Counted from the first letter of the stretch, positions 1 through 9,039 are shown. The stretch: 64,000 nucleotides of DNA from Planctomycetota bacterium (GCA_020849795.1 JADZFR010000022.1:62879-126878); one strand, 5' to 3'. Translations and numbers: made by a program. The notes: generated by a model not told the origin, from the sequence alone.

Positions 1-195
1 GCAGCCACCGCGCTTGGCAAGTTGCGCCTGAACCAGGGCACGCGCGAGTTCGCGCTGCCGGCGGGCGCGCGGCGCCAGCTTGACATCTTTGTACCGGGTG
101 AGCCGCCGGGCGCCGCCAAGCTGAAAAGCGGCCGGCTGGACGCAGGCAGTGTGCAAGTTGAGCTGGAACACAAGGAAACCAGGGCCGCACAATGA
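1..195 (+). CDS. 3' end of an unidentified CDS entering from upstream of the window
   Basis: Frame 1 is open from base 1 to the TGA at 193-195. The stop overlaps the ATG of the next gene (ATGA). The 64 visible residues contain no recognisable motif. Confidence 0.35.
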   Translation, partial: AATALGKLRLNQGTREFALPAGARRQLDIFVPGEPPGAAKLKSGRLDAGSVQVELEHKETRAAQ

Positions 196-725
196 TGCAG
201 CTGAACCGTGAGACCGTTTACCAGGGCAAGGCGTTCAAAGTCGCCCGCGTGACGTTGCAGAACGCCGAGGGCAGAGAAGTGCAGCGCGAGGTGATTGAGC
301 ATCCCGGTGCCGCCTGCATTATCCCGATGGTGGACAACGACACCGTGCTGCTGATTGAGCAGTGGCGCATCGGCGCGAAACGCCCGCTATGGGAGATCCC
401 CGCTGGCACGCTGGACCCGGGCGAAGACCCGCTCGCGTGCGCGGCCCGTGAGCTTGAAGAAGAAACCGGGTTCAAGGCGGCCAAGATCGAGCACCTGTTC
501 ACGATGTTTCCCAGCCCGGGCATCATGGACGAGAAGATGCACATCTTCGTCGCCACTGGCCTGACGCCGGGAACGACGAAGTTTGATGAGGATGAAGACA
601 TCACAGCCAAGCCCTTCAGCTTCAAGGAGCTGCGCGTGCAGTTGAAGGCAAACAACATCAAGGATGGCAAGACGATTGCCGCGCTGGGCTACCTGATGGT
701 GTTCAAGCCCTATTTGGGCGCATAG
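192..725 (+). CDS. Nudix hydrolase (ADP-ribose pyrophosphatase-like)
   Basis: Complete Nudix box GTLDPGEDPLACAARELEEETGF, matching GX5EX7REUXEEXGU. The 177-aa size is typical. Confidence 0.85.
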   Translation: MMQLNRETVYQGKAFKVARVTLQNAEGREVQREVIEHPGAACIIPMVDNDTVLLIEQWRIGAKRPLWEIPAGTLDPGEDPLACAARELEEETGFKAAKIEHLFTMFPSPGIMDEKMHIFVATGLTPGTTKFDEDEDITAKPFSFKELRVQLKANNIKDGKTIAALGYLMVFKPYLGA

Positions 726-805
726 CAGGTCAGTCCCGATTCCTGGAATTTGCGGAACCATAACCCCTTGGGCAGGGTTACTTGGGCAAGAACAGGAGAG
801 CCGCC

Positions 806-1618
806 ATGAAGACGATTCTTGCCGTACTCGCAGCCGGGTTCCTTGGCGCAGGCGCAGCATTGGGCGCCGTGGCATTGGGGCTGGTTCCGCTCGACAACCG
901 CGTGCAGGGCGCCCAGGTGGCGCCGGCTGCGATTGATGAGCCCGAGACGGCGGCAGGCAAGCAATCCGCAACCGACGAGATCGCTGCATTGCGCAAGGAT
1001 CTGGCGAAGCTGTCTGTGGACCTTGAGCAATCCAGGTCTGCCAAACCAGCCGACCACAGCGACGAGATCGACAGCCTGAAGGCCGAGATCGCAGCCCTGA
1101 AAACCAGCAGGCCTGCATCCGCCCCGGTAGCTGCGCCGGAAGGCGGGCCGGCTGCCGGCAGCAGCGACTTTGATACGGCTGTGCGCGGGGTTGTAAGCAA
1201 GCTGGAAGAAGAGCGGCGTGAAGAGCGCCGCCTCGAACGGCAAGCCGACCGCATCAAAGAGCTGGAGGAGCAGAAGGTGCAGATCAGTGAGTACATCCCG
1301 CGCTTTGTCGAAGGCCAGGCCGAGCGTTTGAACATCCCGGCTGCATCCATTGCCGACGTGAGCAACGCGCTGGTGACCCACTTGCAGTTCCGCGCCGAGT
1401 TGCGCAGTGAGCGCGAAGGACAGCGCATCGACGGGGTCGAAGTCGACGACAAGTCGTTTGAGCAGAAGATGACCGACCTTGACGCGACAACCGCCACCGC
1501 ACTTTCCACCTACGTGGATGCCGAGACTGCCAAGAACATCCTGAACGCCGTGAATCGCACCGGCGGGCGCAACGCGCCGCAGGGTGGGCCGGGTCGTCCC
1601 GGCCGCGGCAACCGCTAG
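806..1618 (+). CDS. Membrane-anchored/secreted coiled-coil protein, function unknown
   Basis: ATG at 806 is preceded by AGGAGAG. N-terminal hydrophobic segment MKTILAVLAAGFLGAGAALGAVALG. Charged heptad-like middle (EEERREERRLERQADRIKELEEQK) and a Gly/Arg-rich C-terminus. The track ORF starts at TTG 782. Confidence 0.6.
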   Translation: MKTILAVLAAGFLGAGAALGAVALGLVPLDNRVQGAQVAPAAIDEPETAAGKQSATDEIAALRKDLAKLSVDLEQSRSAKPADHSDEIDSLKAEIAALKTSRPASAPVAAPEGGPAAGSSDFDTAVRGVVSKLEEERREERRLERQADRIKELEEQKVQISEYIPRFVEGQAERLNIPAASIADVSNALVTHLQFRAELRSEREGQRIDGVEVDDKSFEQKMTDLDATTATALSTYVDAETAKNILNAVNRTGGRNAPQGGPGRPGRGNR

Positions 1619-1649
1619 GCAGCGTCAGCTGCACCGGCCCGGTTTCGTT

Positions 1650-2075
1650 TCAGGCACCCTTCGGCAGCGGCTCAGGCGCGCCGGCCAGCGCGTAGTCCTC
1701 GGGTTTCGAGGCCAGGCCTGCGCGCACCGGGTTCGCCAGGATGTGATCCTTGGCGTGCGCGATGTTGGACAGGTCCACGGGATAACTCACGCAGCCGTCA
1801 CGCCACCTCATCTTGTGCAACTGGCGCATGGTGAGTGCCTTGTTGATCAGTCTCTTGACCCGGCCCGCAAAGGTGTCCACGTCAGCCAGCGCCTTCTCGC
1901 GCCCGAACAGCAGGTGAATATGGTCGGGCATGACCACCCAGGCGAACACCGTGGCATGTTTGCGGGTTACGTGGTCCATCACCTCGCGTACCACCTGGCC
2001 ATGCGTGTTGCTGTGCAACCGTCGCGTCTCGAGAGCACGATTGAGCATGAGTGTGATGTTGTACAGGTGCAGCAT
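1650..2075 (-). CDS. IS200/IS605-type Y1 HUH transposase-like protein (REP-associated tyrosine transposase/RAYT-like)
   Basis: HUH motif in VVMPDHIHLLF and the family-typical C-terminal ILANPVRAGLASKPEDY. I place the start at ATG 2075 (MLHLYNITLM..., the beta1 equivalent), which overlaps the upstream stop as TGATG. The track ORF extends to 2147. Confidence 0.75.
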   Translation of the reverse strand: MLHLYNITLMLNRALETRRLHSNTHGQVVREVMDHVTRKHATVFAWVVMPDHIHLLFGREKALADVDTFAGRVKRLINKALTMRQLHKMRWRDGCVSYPVDLSNIAHAKDHILANPVRAGLASKPEDYALAGAPEPLPKGA

Positions 2076-2923
2076 CAGCAGCACCGTGGCGAGCGTTGCA
2101 GCCGCTGCAGAATCAAGGCCGCCGGCAGAGGCGCCGTGATTCTGCATGCGTTGATCACCGGCAGCTCGGGCAGAATGCGGCGAATCTCCAGCGCGTACTG
2201 CCCCAGGTTTCGTTCGGCGACCACGACATGTTTCATGCCCATGGCTGCCTTCAACAGTTCAGCCTCGGGCAGTGGCCACAGCATCCGGGTATGCAACAGG
2301 CTGACGCGCTGTCCCTCACCGCGGGCTTCGGCCACGGCAGCCTGCGCAGGCGAGCGCGACCCGCCGTACGTGATTACCAGCCACTCCGGCTTGCCTTCGG
2401 CGGCAAGCCCGGGGTCAAGGCGTGTTGCGCGAAAGCCGCGCGGCGGCCGCGACAATCGCGCCTCGAGGTCACGCGCGTCGGATTCTTCGGGCGACAGGTC
2501 GGAGGCGTCGATGGGCGTTGGTTCGTCAAACAGCAACTCCGGCTCTTCGGCCGGCTCTTCCCAACGGAACTCCGACTCTGCCACAGATTCTTCAAGCAGA
2601 AAAAACACCGGTACCTTCAGCAGGTCGGCGGCCTTTGCCGCGGTAACCGCGAGTTCCGCGCACTCGGCGGCATCGCTTGGACATAACACCAGCGGCGTGA
2701 TGCCGCCCTTGAACATCCAGCGCAGCGCCATCACGTCCAACGACTGCACACTCGGCGCCTCAACGAACACCACGGTCGGCTCACCTGACCGTAGGCGGCG
2801 GTACAGTTCCGCACTGTGATTCTTGATTTCGTCCAGCTGGGCGTGGGTGACGTGCACGCCGGTTTCGGCCAGCGTGGCCATGGCAATCTCGCGGCCGGTG
2901 ACCCGCACGGGAACTTCGTTCAC
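2075..2923 (-). CDS. Degenerate/shortened 2-oxoacid:ferredoxin oxidoreductase alpha-subunit-like protein
   Basis: The C-terminal half resembles the KorA transketolase-C-like region (WLVITYGGSRSPAQAAVAEARGEGQRVSLLHTRMLWPLP...VVVAERNLGQYA). The N-terminal pyrimidine-binding region is much shorter than in KorA. No beta subunit lies nearby. Confidence 0.55.
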   Translation of the reverse strand: MNEVPVRVTGREIAMATLAETGVHVTHAQLDEIKNHSAELYRRLRSGEPTVVFVEAPSVQSLDVMALRWMFKGGITPLVLCPSDAAECAELAVTAAKAADLLKVPVFFLLEESVAESEFRWEEPAEEPELLFDEPTPIDASDLSPEESDARDLEARLSRPPRGFRATRLDPGLAAEGKPEWLVITYGGSRSPAQAAVAEARGEGQRVSLLHTRMLWPLPEAELLKAAMGMKHVVVAERNLGQYALEIRRILPELPVINACRITAPLPAALILQRLQRSPRCC

Positions 2924-4197
2924 TTATCCATCTCCGCGGCTTTCATGTGCTTTCGGGCTTTTGAGGTGTTACCGGCCCTGGTCTCAAGCTCTGCCAATGC
3001 GATGTGCGCTGATTTGAAATCTGGCCGCATCTCAAGCACACGTTCAAAGATCTTGCGGGCTTCATCCAGTTGCCCGTCGTCCATCAGAAACTGGCCTTCC
3101 AGCATCAACGGCTCAACCCAGTCCGGGCGCTTGCGCATCGCTTCGGCCAGGTCATCCCGGGCTTGCTGCTTTTCGCCGTTTTCCCAGAACAAGGCCGCCC
3201 GCAGGATCAGCGCCAGCACAAAGTTCGGGTCAAGCCGCAACGCCTCGTTCAGGTTGCCCAGTCCCTCGTGCGCGCGCTTGAGTTTGCGCAGCACCACCGC
3301 ACGGTTGTACATGACTTCGGCATTGTTTGGTGCAAGTTCCAGCGCGCGGTTGTAGCGGTTGACTGACAGTTCAAGGTCATTGCGAAGATATGTCAGTCCC
3401 GCGAGGTTGTTGTACAGCGTGCCGAACAGTTCTTTGTCAGTCAGCGGCGTCAGATACACGCCGTGCTTAACGCTGGTGGTGCTGAAGCGGTACTGGGCAA
3501 AGAAGTGCAAGTCGTCGCGGGTGGAGCCGAAGTCAGTTGTCTCAAGTATCGTTTCATAGGGCGTGCCATCGGCTTCGCGGTCGCGGTAGATCACCGCGAA
3601 ATGGCCTGGTATGCGGATGCCCTGCACATTCAGACCCGCGGCCTGGCCGAACACGAGGTAGGCCAGCGACAGTGAAACGCAGTAGCCATAGCGGTTCTGG
3701 AGCATGCGGTCAAAGAACAGGTTTTCGGGGTTTGCACCGCCCTGGTCGGTGGGGTCAAAGCGCAACCCCAGGCGGACATGCACGAAGTCGGTCAATGCCA
3801 GCAGTCGCGTGCGTGGTGATCGCGCGCGACTGATTTCCTTGGCCAGGCCATCCGCGTACTCTTGAAACCGCTTGAGTTTGGCCGGCACGTCAACGTCGTG
3901 AGCCTGGCCCTTGAACTCTGGATAGTACTTCTCGCTGAACAGCAGCAGCGCGCGCGGCAGGTCAAAGTCGTCCTGGGAAAGCATGTCCTCAAGAGTTTGG
4001 GTTGCCTTTTCGCCGTTCTGGACCGGGCGCACGTCAGGTTCGGGCGGCGGCCGGTTGCCCTCGACCCGGACTTGCGTGGTGCAAGCGCTTAGCATGAGCA
4101 TACCCAGCAACACAGGCACGCCGTAGAAGCGCCGACATTCCATGACATTCGAAGCGGGCTTGGCAGCACGTAACGCACTTGCATTGGCGTGTGTCAC
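2920..4197 (-). CDS. Transglutaminase-like + TPR lipoprotein (SirB1/YchA-like architecture)
   Basis: Lipobox LLGMLMLSAC. Transglutaminase-core-like segment YGYCVSLSLAYLVFGQAAGLNVQGIRIPGHFAV followed by TPR repeats. The start could be GTG 4197 or ATG 4143. The 3' end overlaps the next gene by 4 nt. Confidence 0.7.
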   Translation of the reverse strand: MTHANASALRAAKPASNVMECRRFYGVPVLLGMLMLSACTTQVRVEGNRPPPEPDVRPVQNGEKATQTLEDMLSQDDFDLPRALLLFSEKYYPEFKGQAHDVDVPAKLKRFQEYADGLAKEISRARSPRTRLLALTDFVHVRLGLRFDPTDQGGANPENLFFDRMLQNRYGYCVSLSLAYLVFGQAAGLNVQGIRIPGHFAVIYRDREADGTPYETILETTDFGSTRDDLHFFAQYRFSTTSVKHGVYLTPLTDKELFGTLYNNLAGLTYLRNDLELSVNRYNRALELAPNNAEVMYNRAVVLRKLKRAHEGLGNLNEALRLDPNFVLALILRAALFWENGEKQQARDDLAEAMRKRPDWVEPLMLEGQFLMDDGQLDEARKIFERVLEMRPDFKSAHIALAELETRAGNTSKARKHMKAAEMDK

Positions 4198-4218
4198 TTC
4201 GTGAGCCTCACTGTTCGC

Positions 4219-7200
4219 CTACTCCTTTTCGAATTCTACGCTTATCTCGGCGGTCTGCCCAGCGACGATCGTGAACTCGCGGCTTGCGGCCTTGTACCCC
4301 GGCATGGTCATGCTGATGGTGTAGGACTCGGGCGGCAGGTCTTTGATCGTGAACGAGTTATCCTCGCCCTGGGTCGCGCTTCCGTCAGAGTTGAAGAAGT
4401 CCAGAAAGGTAAACCGCTTCTTGAACAGCTCATCCTTGCTGTTGCGAATCTCGTACTCAAGGCCCATGGCGGTCTGGATGTTCAGGTCGGTGTTCAGCAA
4501 CCGGATCTTGAGGTTGCCGCTGGCCGCAAACGCAAACGTCAGTGACACCGCCTGACCTGCCTTGAACTCAACTTTCGAGTGCGTCACGGGCGTGTAGCCG
4601 GGCAGCGACAGCGTGATCGTGAACTTGCCCTCGGCCAGGTTCTTCACTTCGAACGACTTGCTCTCGGTCAGGTTCACGCCGTTGTCAAAACCGCCCAGCG
4701 AAAGCGGTTGCCCACGCTCGTCCTCTATGGTCAGGGCGGCGATCAGGCCAAACGGCGTGTTGTTGGGCGCGCCATCGACGCCTGTCACCGTACCTTTCAG
4801 TGATGCCCCCTCGGCAGGCAGGGTGATCACGAGGCCCGCCACGCTGTTCCGTAAGTTCAGGTAAGGCCGCGTGACCATGCCGTTCTTGTCGCTGCGCACC
4901 GTAAGCCGGTAGAAACCCGGAGACATGCCCGTGAGCTCAAAGGCGCCGGTTTTTTCGTCGGCGTTGGTTTCGCGGAAGACCAGCATCTCCATCTCATTGA
5001 CGGCTTCGTCGTCATCGCCCTTGTCGGCGCCGTCGGGACTGACCGGGCTGGCCATTACGCGCACCCTGCCCTCGGGCACTTTGCCGCCTTCCAGTTCGAC
5101 GCGACCGGTGATCTTGACCGTCACGAAAGCCACGTCGAACTCGAAGTCGCCGTCCTTGTCCACGTGCACGCGTTTGCGCACAAGGCTGGGGGCAGGGCCT
5201 TGTCCCTGCTGCGCGATCTGATAGGTGCCCAGCGCAACGCTGCGGAACTCGTAGTTGCCCTGCTTGTCGGTGCGTGTGGTGTTGGCTGCAAAGCCGCCGC
5301 GGTTACCGCCAATCAGCACGATCTGCTTTTCGGCGTAGGGTTTGCCGTCCTCGGTCACGCGCCCGTACAGCCGCGCGGTGCCGGGCTTCTGGTCGTAGAT
5401 GTCGAACTCTACGCGCTCGCCAGCCGCAACCTTGACCTGTGTGCTTGGGTTCGGAAGCAGCAGCGCCGCCATGTTGCCGGTGTTGCGCACGACGGTGTAG
5501 GTGCCGGGCGTCAAGCCGGTGAGTTCATAGTTGCCATTGCCATCTGTGTAGGCGGTGCGAATGCGCGCCGAATCCTGGCCCATCAGGCTGGCGCAGGTGA
5601 CGGGCACGCCGGGAACGGCCTTGGAGTATGAGTCATAGACGCGCCCGAAAATCGTGCCGCCGACTTCCAGTCGCACGTTGTGCACTGTGCCGGCACCGGT
5701 TTTGACCTCAAGCTCGGCGCTGATGTATTTCTGGTAGTTGCGCGTGTTTGCCAGCAGCACGTACTTGCCGGCAGGCAGGTTGTCGATTCGGAAGGCGCCG
5801 TTTTCGTCGCTGCGGATGCTGGACGGGAAGAGCGTGCTCTCGCCGCGGTCGGGCAGCGTTTCGCCAAAAAAGCTCTTCATGACAAACGCCAGCTGCCCTG
5901 GCCCGCTCACGTCGTATGCCGCCAGCGGCACGCCCTGCACGGCAACCCCCTGGTCGTTAACGACCGTGCCTTCGATCCAACCTGCGGGCTCAAGCACAAT
6001 CACGATTTCTGCGGTGTTGCCGGCTGTGGTCGTGGCCTGCACAGTCTTGTTGCCAAACCCGTCAGCTTTGGCGCTTATGCCCACACTGCCGACGGGCAGG
6101 TTCGTCAGAGCAAAGTTGCCTTGCTCGTCGGTCGTGGCGCTGATCGTGCGCGGTGGAATGCTGATGCCCGCCACCCATTCGCCGCCACGCAGAAAGTCGT
6201 TGTCGTTGTAGTAGACTTGGGCGCCTGCAATGCCTTGCTGCTTTGTGTCGACCACGCGCCCAGTGACCCCGGCGCCGTCCTCAAGCAGCAGGTTCACATC
6301 CTTTCGCACCTGGCCGCTGCGCACGCGCAGATCGCGGGTCGCGATGGCGTACCCGGCTGCGATTGCGCGCACCGCAGCGCCGCCCATGCCGTCGCCTTCC
6401 CCGCCGGGTGCGCCGATTCCCGGTGGCACCTGGTCGAACTTGTAGAAGCCCGTTGCGTCGGTGCTGGTCACCGCAAGCGTACCACCCAGCACGGTGCCCA
6501 GCTCCACGGTTGCGCCAACGATTGGCGAGTTGTCAGAGCGCTTAAGCACATAGCCCTCGACGCCCCCCGCCTGCACCAGGACGAACGGCAGCAGCTCGAA
6601 GTTCGCAAACTCATCAAGTTCCATTTCTTGGCGCGAACGCGTCAGCGGGTTGAGTTCGTGCGACATCCAGCCCTGCTTACGCGCGTACACCAGGTACGCG
6701 CCCGGCGCGATGCTCTCCATCTCAAACTTGCCCTGCGCGTCGCTCTTGACCGGTTTGAATCGGCCCAGAATGCGCCCGAGGCGTCGCAGCTTTTCGTCTG
6801 CGCGGGCATCAAGCTCAATGCTCACGTCCGGGAGCGGCGACTGGTCTGCGCCATTCAGAACGACACCGTAGGCGCGAGCGGCCGCATAGATGCGAATCAC
6901 CAGCCCCTCAACGGGAGTTTCCTCTTTGACCACAAACGTCTCCGTGGCGGTCAGGGCTTTGCCTTCTTCCAGGCACGCCACGAAGTACCCCTTTCCCACC
7001 AGCAACTCCACTTCGAACGTAAACACGCCGGCGTCGTCCGTCACCGAGGTTGAACCGCTGGCGGTTGCGCCGTCTTCGGGCAGCAGTGTCAGCGTGATGC
7101 CACTTGCGGGTTCATCAAAGAAGTCGACCGCTGTCCCGGAAACCGTCAGCTTGGTCGGAACTGCGGGCACAACTTCGACGTCAGGTTGGCCCTTGTTGGC

Positions 7201-7428
7201 GTCAGGACGCGTGCCCTGGCCATCACCAGTTGAAGCGTTGGCCGGCGTGCTGTCCTGGCCACTCGCTGCGCGGCCTTGTTTGTTTGTTTCGCCCGACCTG
7301 TCCAGGGCGGTTGTGTCGGCTGGCCGATTGCCGCCTGCGGGCGGGTTGAGCAGAAACCAGCCGATGCCCAGCGCGATCACAACCAGCAACAGCAATCCCA
7401 CAAGCAACGCAATGCGGTTCTTTTCCAT
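4219..7428 (-). CDS. Large membrane-anchored protein made of carboxypeptidase-regulatory-like (CarboxypepD_reg) beta-sandwich repeats
   Basis: N-terminal TM segment IALLVGLLLLVVIALGIGWFLL. There are more than 8 repeats of the pattern G.V.D..G.P..GV.V......T.TD..G.F.l..L..G.Y. Confidence 0.7.
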   Translation of the reverse strand: MEKNRIALLVGLLLLVVIALGIGWFLLNPPAGGNRPADTTALDRSGETNKQGRAASGQDSTPANASTGDGQGTRPDANKGQPDVEVVPAVPTKLTVSGTAVDFFDEPASGITLTLLPEDGATASGSTSVTDDAGVFTFEVELLVGKGYFVACLEEGKALTATETFVVKEETPVEGLVIRIYAAARAYGVVLNGADQSPLPDVSIELDARADEKLRRLGRILGRFKPVKSDAQGKFEMESIAPGAYLVYARKQGWMSHELNPLTRSRQEMELDEFANFELLPFVLVQAGGVEGYVLKRSDNSPIVGATVELGTVLGGTLAVTSTDATGFYKFDQVPPGIGAPGGEGDGMGGAAVRAIAAGYAIATRDLRVRSGQVRKDVNLLLEDGAGVTGRVVDTKQQGIAGAQVYYNDNDFLRGGEWVAGISIPPRTISATTDEQGNFALTNLPVGSVGISAKADGFGNKTVQATTTAGNTAEIVIVLEPAGWIEGTVVNDQGVAVQGVPLAAYDVSGPGQLAFVMKSFFGETLPDRGESTLFPSSIRSDENGAFRIDNLPAGKYVLLANTRNYQKYISAELEVKTGAGTVHNVRLEVGGTIFGRVYDSYSKAVPGVPVTCASLMGQDSARIRTAYTDGNGNYELTGLTPGTYTVVRNTGNMAALLLPNPSTQVKVAAGERVEFDIYDQKPGTARLYGRVTEDGKPYAEKQIVLIGGNRGGFAANTTRTDKQGNYEFRSVALGTYQIAQQGQGPAPSLVRKRVHVDKDGDFEFDVAFVTVKITGRVELEGGKVPEGRVRVMASPVSPDGADKGDDDEAVNEMEMLVFRETNADEKTGAFELTGMSPGFYRLTVRSDKNGMVTRPYLNLRNSVAGLVITLPAEGASLKGTVTGVDGAPNNTPFGLIAALTIEDERGQPLSLGGFDNGVNLTESKSFEVKNLAEGKFTITLSLPGYTPVTHSKVEFKAGQAVSLTFAFAASGNLKIRLLNTDLNIQTAMGLEYEIRNSKDELFKKRFTFLDFFNSDGSATQGEDNSFTIKDLPPESYTISMTMPGYKAASREFTIVAGQTAEISVEFEKE

Positions 7429-7512
7429 GGATCAGCCCTGTCCCAGTGTCGCCGGTCCACACTGGTCACGCGGCAGGCCGAAACCTAACGCCGGAAACAG
7501 GTTGTGCGCGAT

Positions 7513-8754
7513 CTAGCGCACGACTTTGGCGTTGGCCCAGTTGGCTCGATCCTGGATGTCCGCGTTGTCGGCGGCTGTGACTTCGAGCGTAATGCGTCGC
7601 GCATTCAGGACTTCAACGTCGATGGTGCGCGCATCGGTAGAGCGGCGCAGAACCCCGGACTCGTAAACCAGCTTGCCGTCCGCATACACCTTGAACTCAA
7701 CGCTGGCCAGGTCGCCGGCTGTATCGTCCACGCCGATGTCGGCAATGAATCGCGAATAGCCGCGGTTGAGGTCGAACTGAAGACGGCTGATAGCATGCAC
7801 GCCCAGGCCTTTTGCATAGGTCTTGCCGCGCAGACTGATGGCGCCCCCGCCCTGCGCATGATCGCGCCTCACTTTGAACAGGTAGTCTTCATACTTGAAG
7901 TCGCCGGGCAGGTAGTACGGGCGCTCTTCCGGCGGCTCGGCAAACTCCAGGTCGCTTAGGTAGACGTAGCGGCCGTTTTTCATCGTGACGCTGATCAGGT
8001 TGTTCTCCTCAAGCGTGATGTCGCGCTTGAGCACCTTGTGTTCAAGCGTGATCTTCCCCTCCGACCACGCCTTGATCACGCCGCGCAGCATGCTGCCGTC
8101 GCGCAATGTGAAGATGCCCTGCAGCTTGTCGAAAGTGGCTGGCGGATTGCGCTTGCAGACAATCCCGCGCAGGCGCGCCCAGCCGTACTTGTTGCCGTCG
8201 TAGTTCTTGCCATCAAGGATTTCGTTGTAGAGGAACACGCCGTCCTTGACGATGCGCACCAGCGACGACGCGGGGTCTGCCTGTTCGGGCGCGTTGCCGC
8301 TGGCAGCAAAGTAAACCACGTCGTTCTTGGCGCCGGCATCAAGCTCAGGCAGCAGGTTGGGCGCGACGTTAGCGACGTACTCAAGCCGCTTGACGGCTTC
8401 CACGCTGATGGTCAGTTCGCCAAAGCGCGGCGCGCGCAGGACAAACAGTTCGTCGTCTTCGGCCGGCCCGTTGTCGGCCGTACCGTGCAGAACATCGCCA
8501 TTGATCAGGTAGATGCGCAGTGGCGCGTCTTCGCGTTTTCGCTCATCGCCTTTGTGCCCGAACGTGATCTCTTCAACTTCGTCCAGCGGCACGCGGGCAG
8601 GAACGTCGCTGCCTTCTACTTTGACCTCCAGACGCCCCTGGATGTCCAGCTTGGTAATGCTTCCTTTCACAGGCTGCTGAAAGATGCTGGTGACTGTTGC
8701 CTGCGCAAGCAGCACGGGGGAAAGGGCGCAGAAGCAAAGCAGAAGTCGAATCAT
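7513..8754 (-). CDS. Secreted protein with C-terminal NPCBM/NEW2-like carbohydrate-binding domain
   Basis: Signal peptide MIRLLLCFCALSPVLLAQA. The C-terminus (YLSDLEF...GKTYAKGLGVHA.S...F.L...Y..F.A.IGVDD...G.V.F.V.ADGK...S) is typical of NPCBM modules. Confidence 0.7.
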   Translation of the reverse strand: MIRLLLCFCALSPVLLAQATVTSIFQQPVKGSITKLDIQGRLEVKVEGSDVPARVPLDEVEEITFGHKGDERKREDAPLRIYLINGDVLHGTADNGPAEDDELFVLRAPRFGELTISVEAVKRLEYVANVAPNLLPELDAGAKNDVVYFAASGNAPEQADPASSLVRIVKDGVFLYNEILDGKNYDGNKYGWARLRGIVCKRNPPATFDKLQGIFTLRDGSMLRGVIKAWSEGKITLEHKVLKRDITLEENNLISVTMKNGRYVYLSDLEFAEPPEERPYYLPGDFKYEDYLFKVRRDHAQGGGAISLRGKTYAKGLGVHAISRLQFDLNRGYSRFIADIGVDDTAGDLASVEFKVYADGKLVYESGVLRRSTDARTIDVEVLNARRITLEVTAADNADIQDRANWANAKVVR

Positions 8755-8804
8755 CGTGCGGCTCCATGGCTGGACTCAACCTTGTTACGGTTGAGTTGAA
8801 TCAG

Positions 8805-8837
8805 CAATGATCATTTATCGAGGCCGATTGATCAATG
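8805..8837. promoter_or_regulatory. Pair of TGATCA-core boxes with 21-bp phasing in the divergent intergenic region
   Basis: caatgatcattt (8805-8816) and gattgatcaatg (8826-8837). Each matches 10/12 to the exact 12-mer caatgatcaatg, which is repeated with the same 21-bp period at 57744..57776. Confidence 0.4.
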
Positions 8838-9023
8838 AGTTCGCCGAGGCATGACAAAGTGCGGTCTCTAGCTCTACGTCCCTCGTCTGCCAATCGGGCA
8901 GGCTGGTTTCACGGTCCGTAGCTCCACTGTCAGTTTGGCGGCAAGCGAGTAAGTTCACGCTTCGACGACTGCATAACACTATTTATGGCAGGCACTTACG
9001 ATAGCAAGCTGCTGACACTGCGT

Positions 9024-9039
9024 TGGCACCGCGTTTGCA
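9024..9039 (+). promoter_or_regulatory. Sigma54 (RpoN)-type -24/-12 promoter upstream of groEL copy 1
   Basis: TGGCAC(9024-9029)-cgcgt-TTGCA(9035-9039), an exact match to TGGCAC-N5-TTGCA. It lies 47 nt upstream of the groEL ATG. SD GAGGG at 9074-9078. Confidence 0.6.

Noticed and set aside
1584-2819. A 411-aa plus-strand ORF, and similar long ORFs at 387..1118(-), 710..1381(-), 778..1509(-), 5680..7053(+), 11215..12186(-), 16482..18062(+), 21324..22700(+), 23169..23936(-), 33110..34156(+), 35294..36232(+), 39008..39670(-), 46047..46940(+), 55103..56194(-), 59570..60421(+), 60688..61449(+).
   Set aside because: All lie antisense to, or out of frame with, genes that carry clear family motifs. 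Their translations are Arg/Ala/Gly/Pro-rich low-complexity sequence with no motifs. This is typical of stop-codon-poor shadow frames in GC-rich DNA.
8774-8796. An 8-bp hairpin, actcaacc-ttgttac-ggttgagt, in the leader of the NPCBM gene.
   Set aside because: It is short, has no U-tract and lies at the 5' end of the minus-strand gene. I cannot distinguish it from chance, and it is not positioned to act as a terminator.
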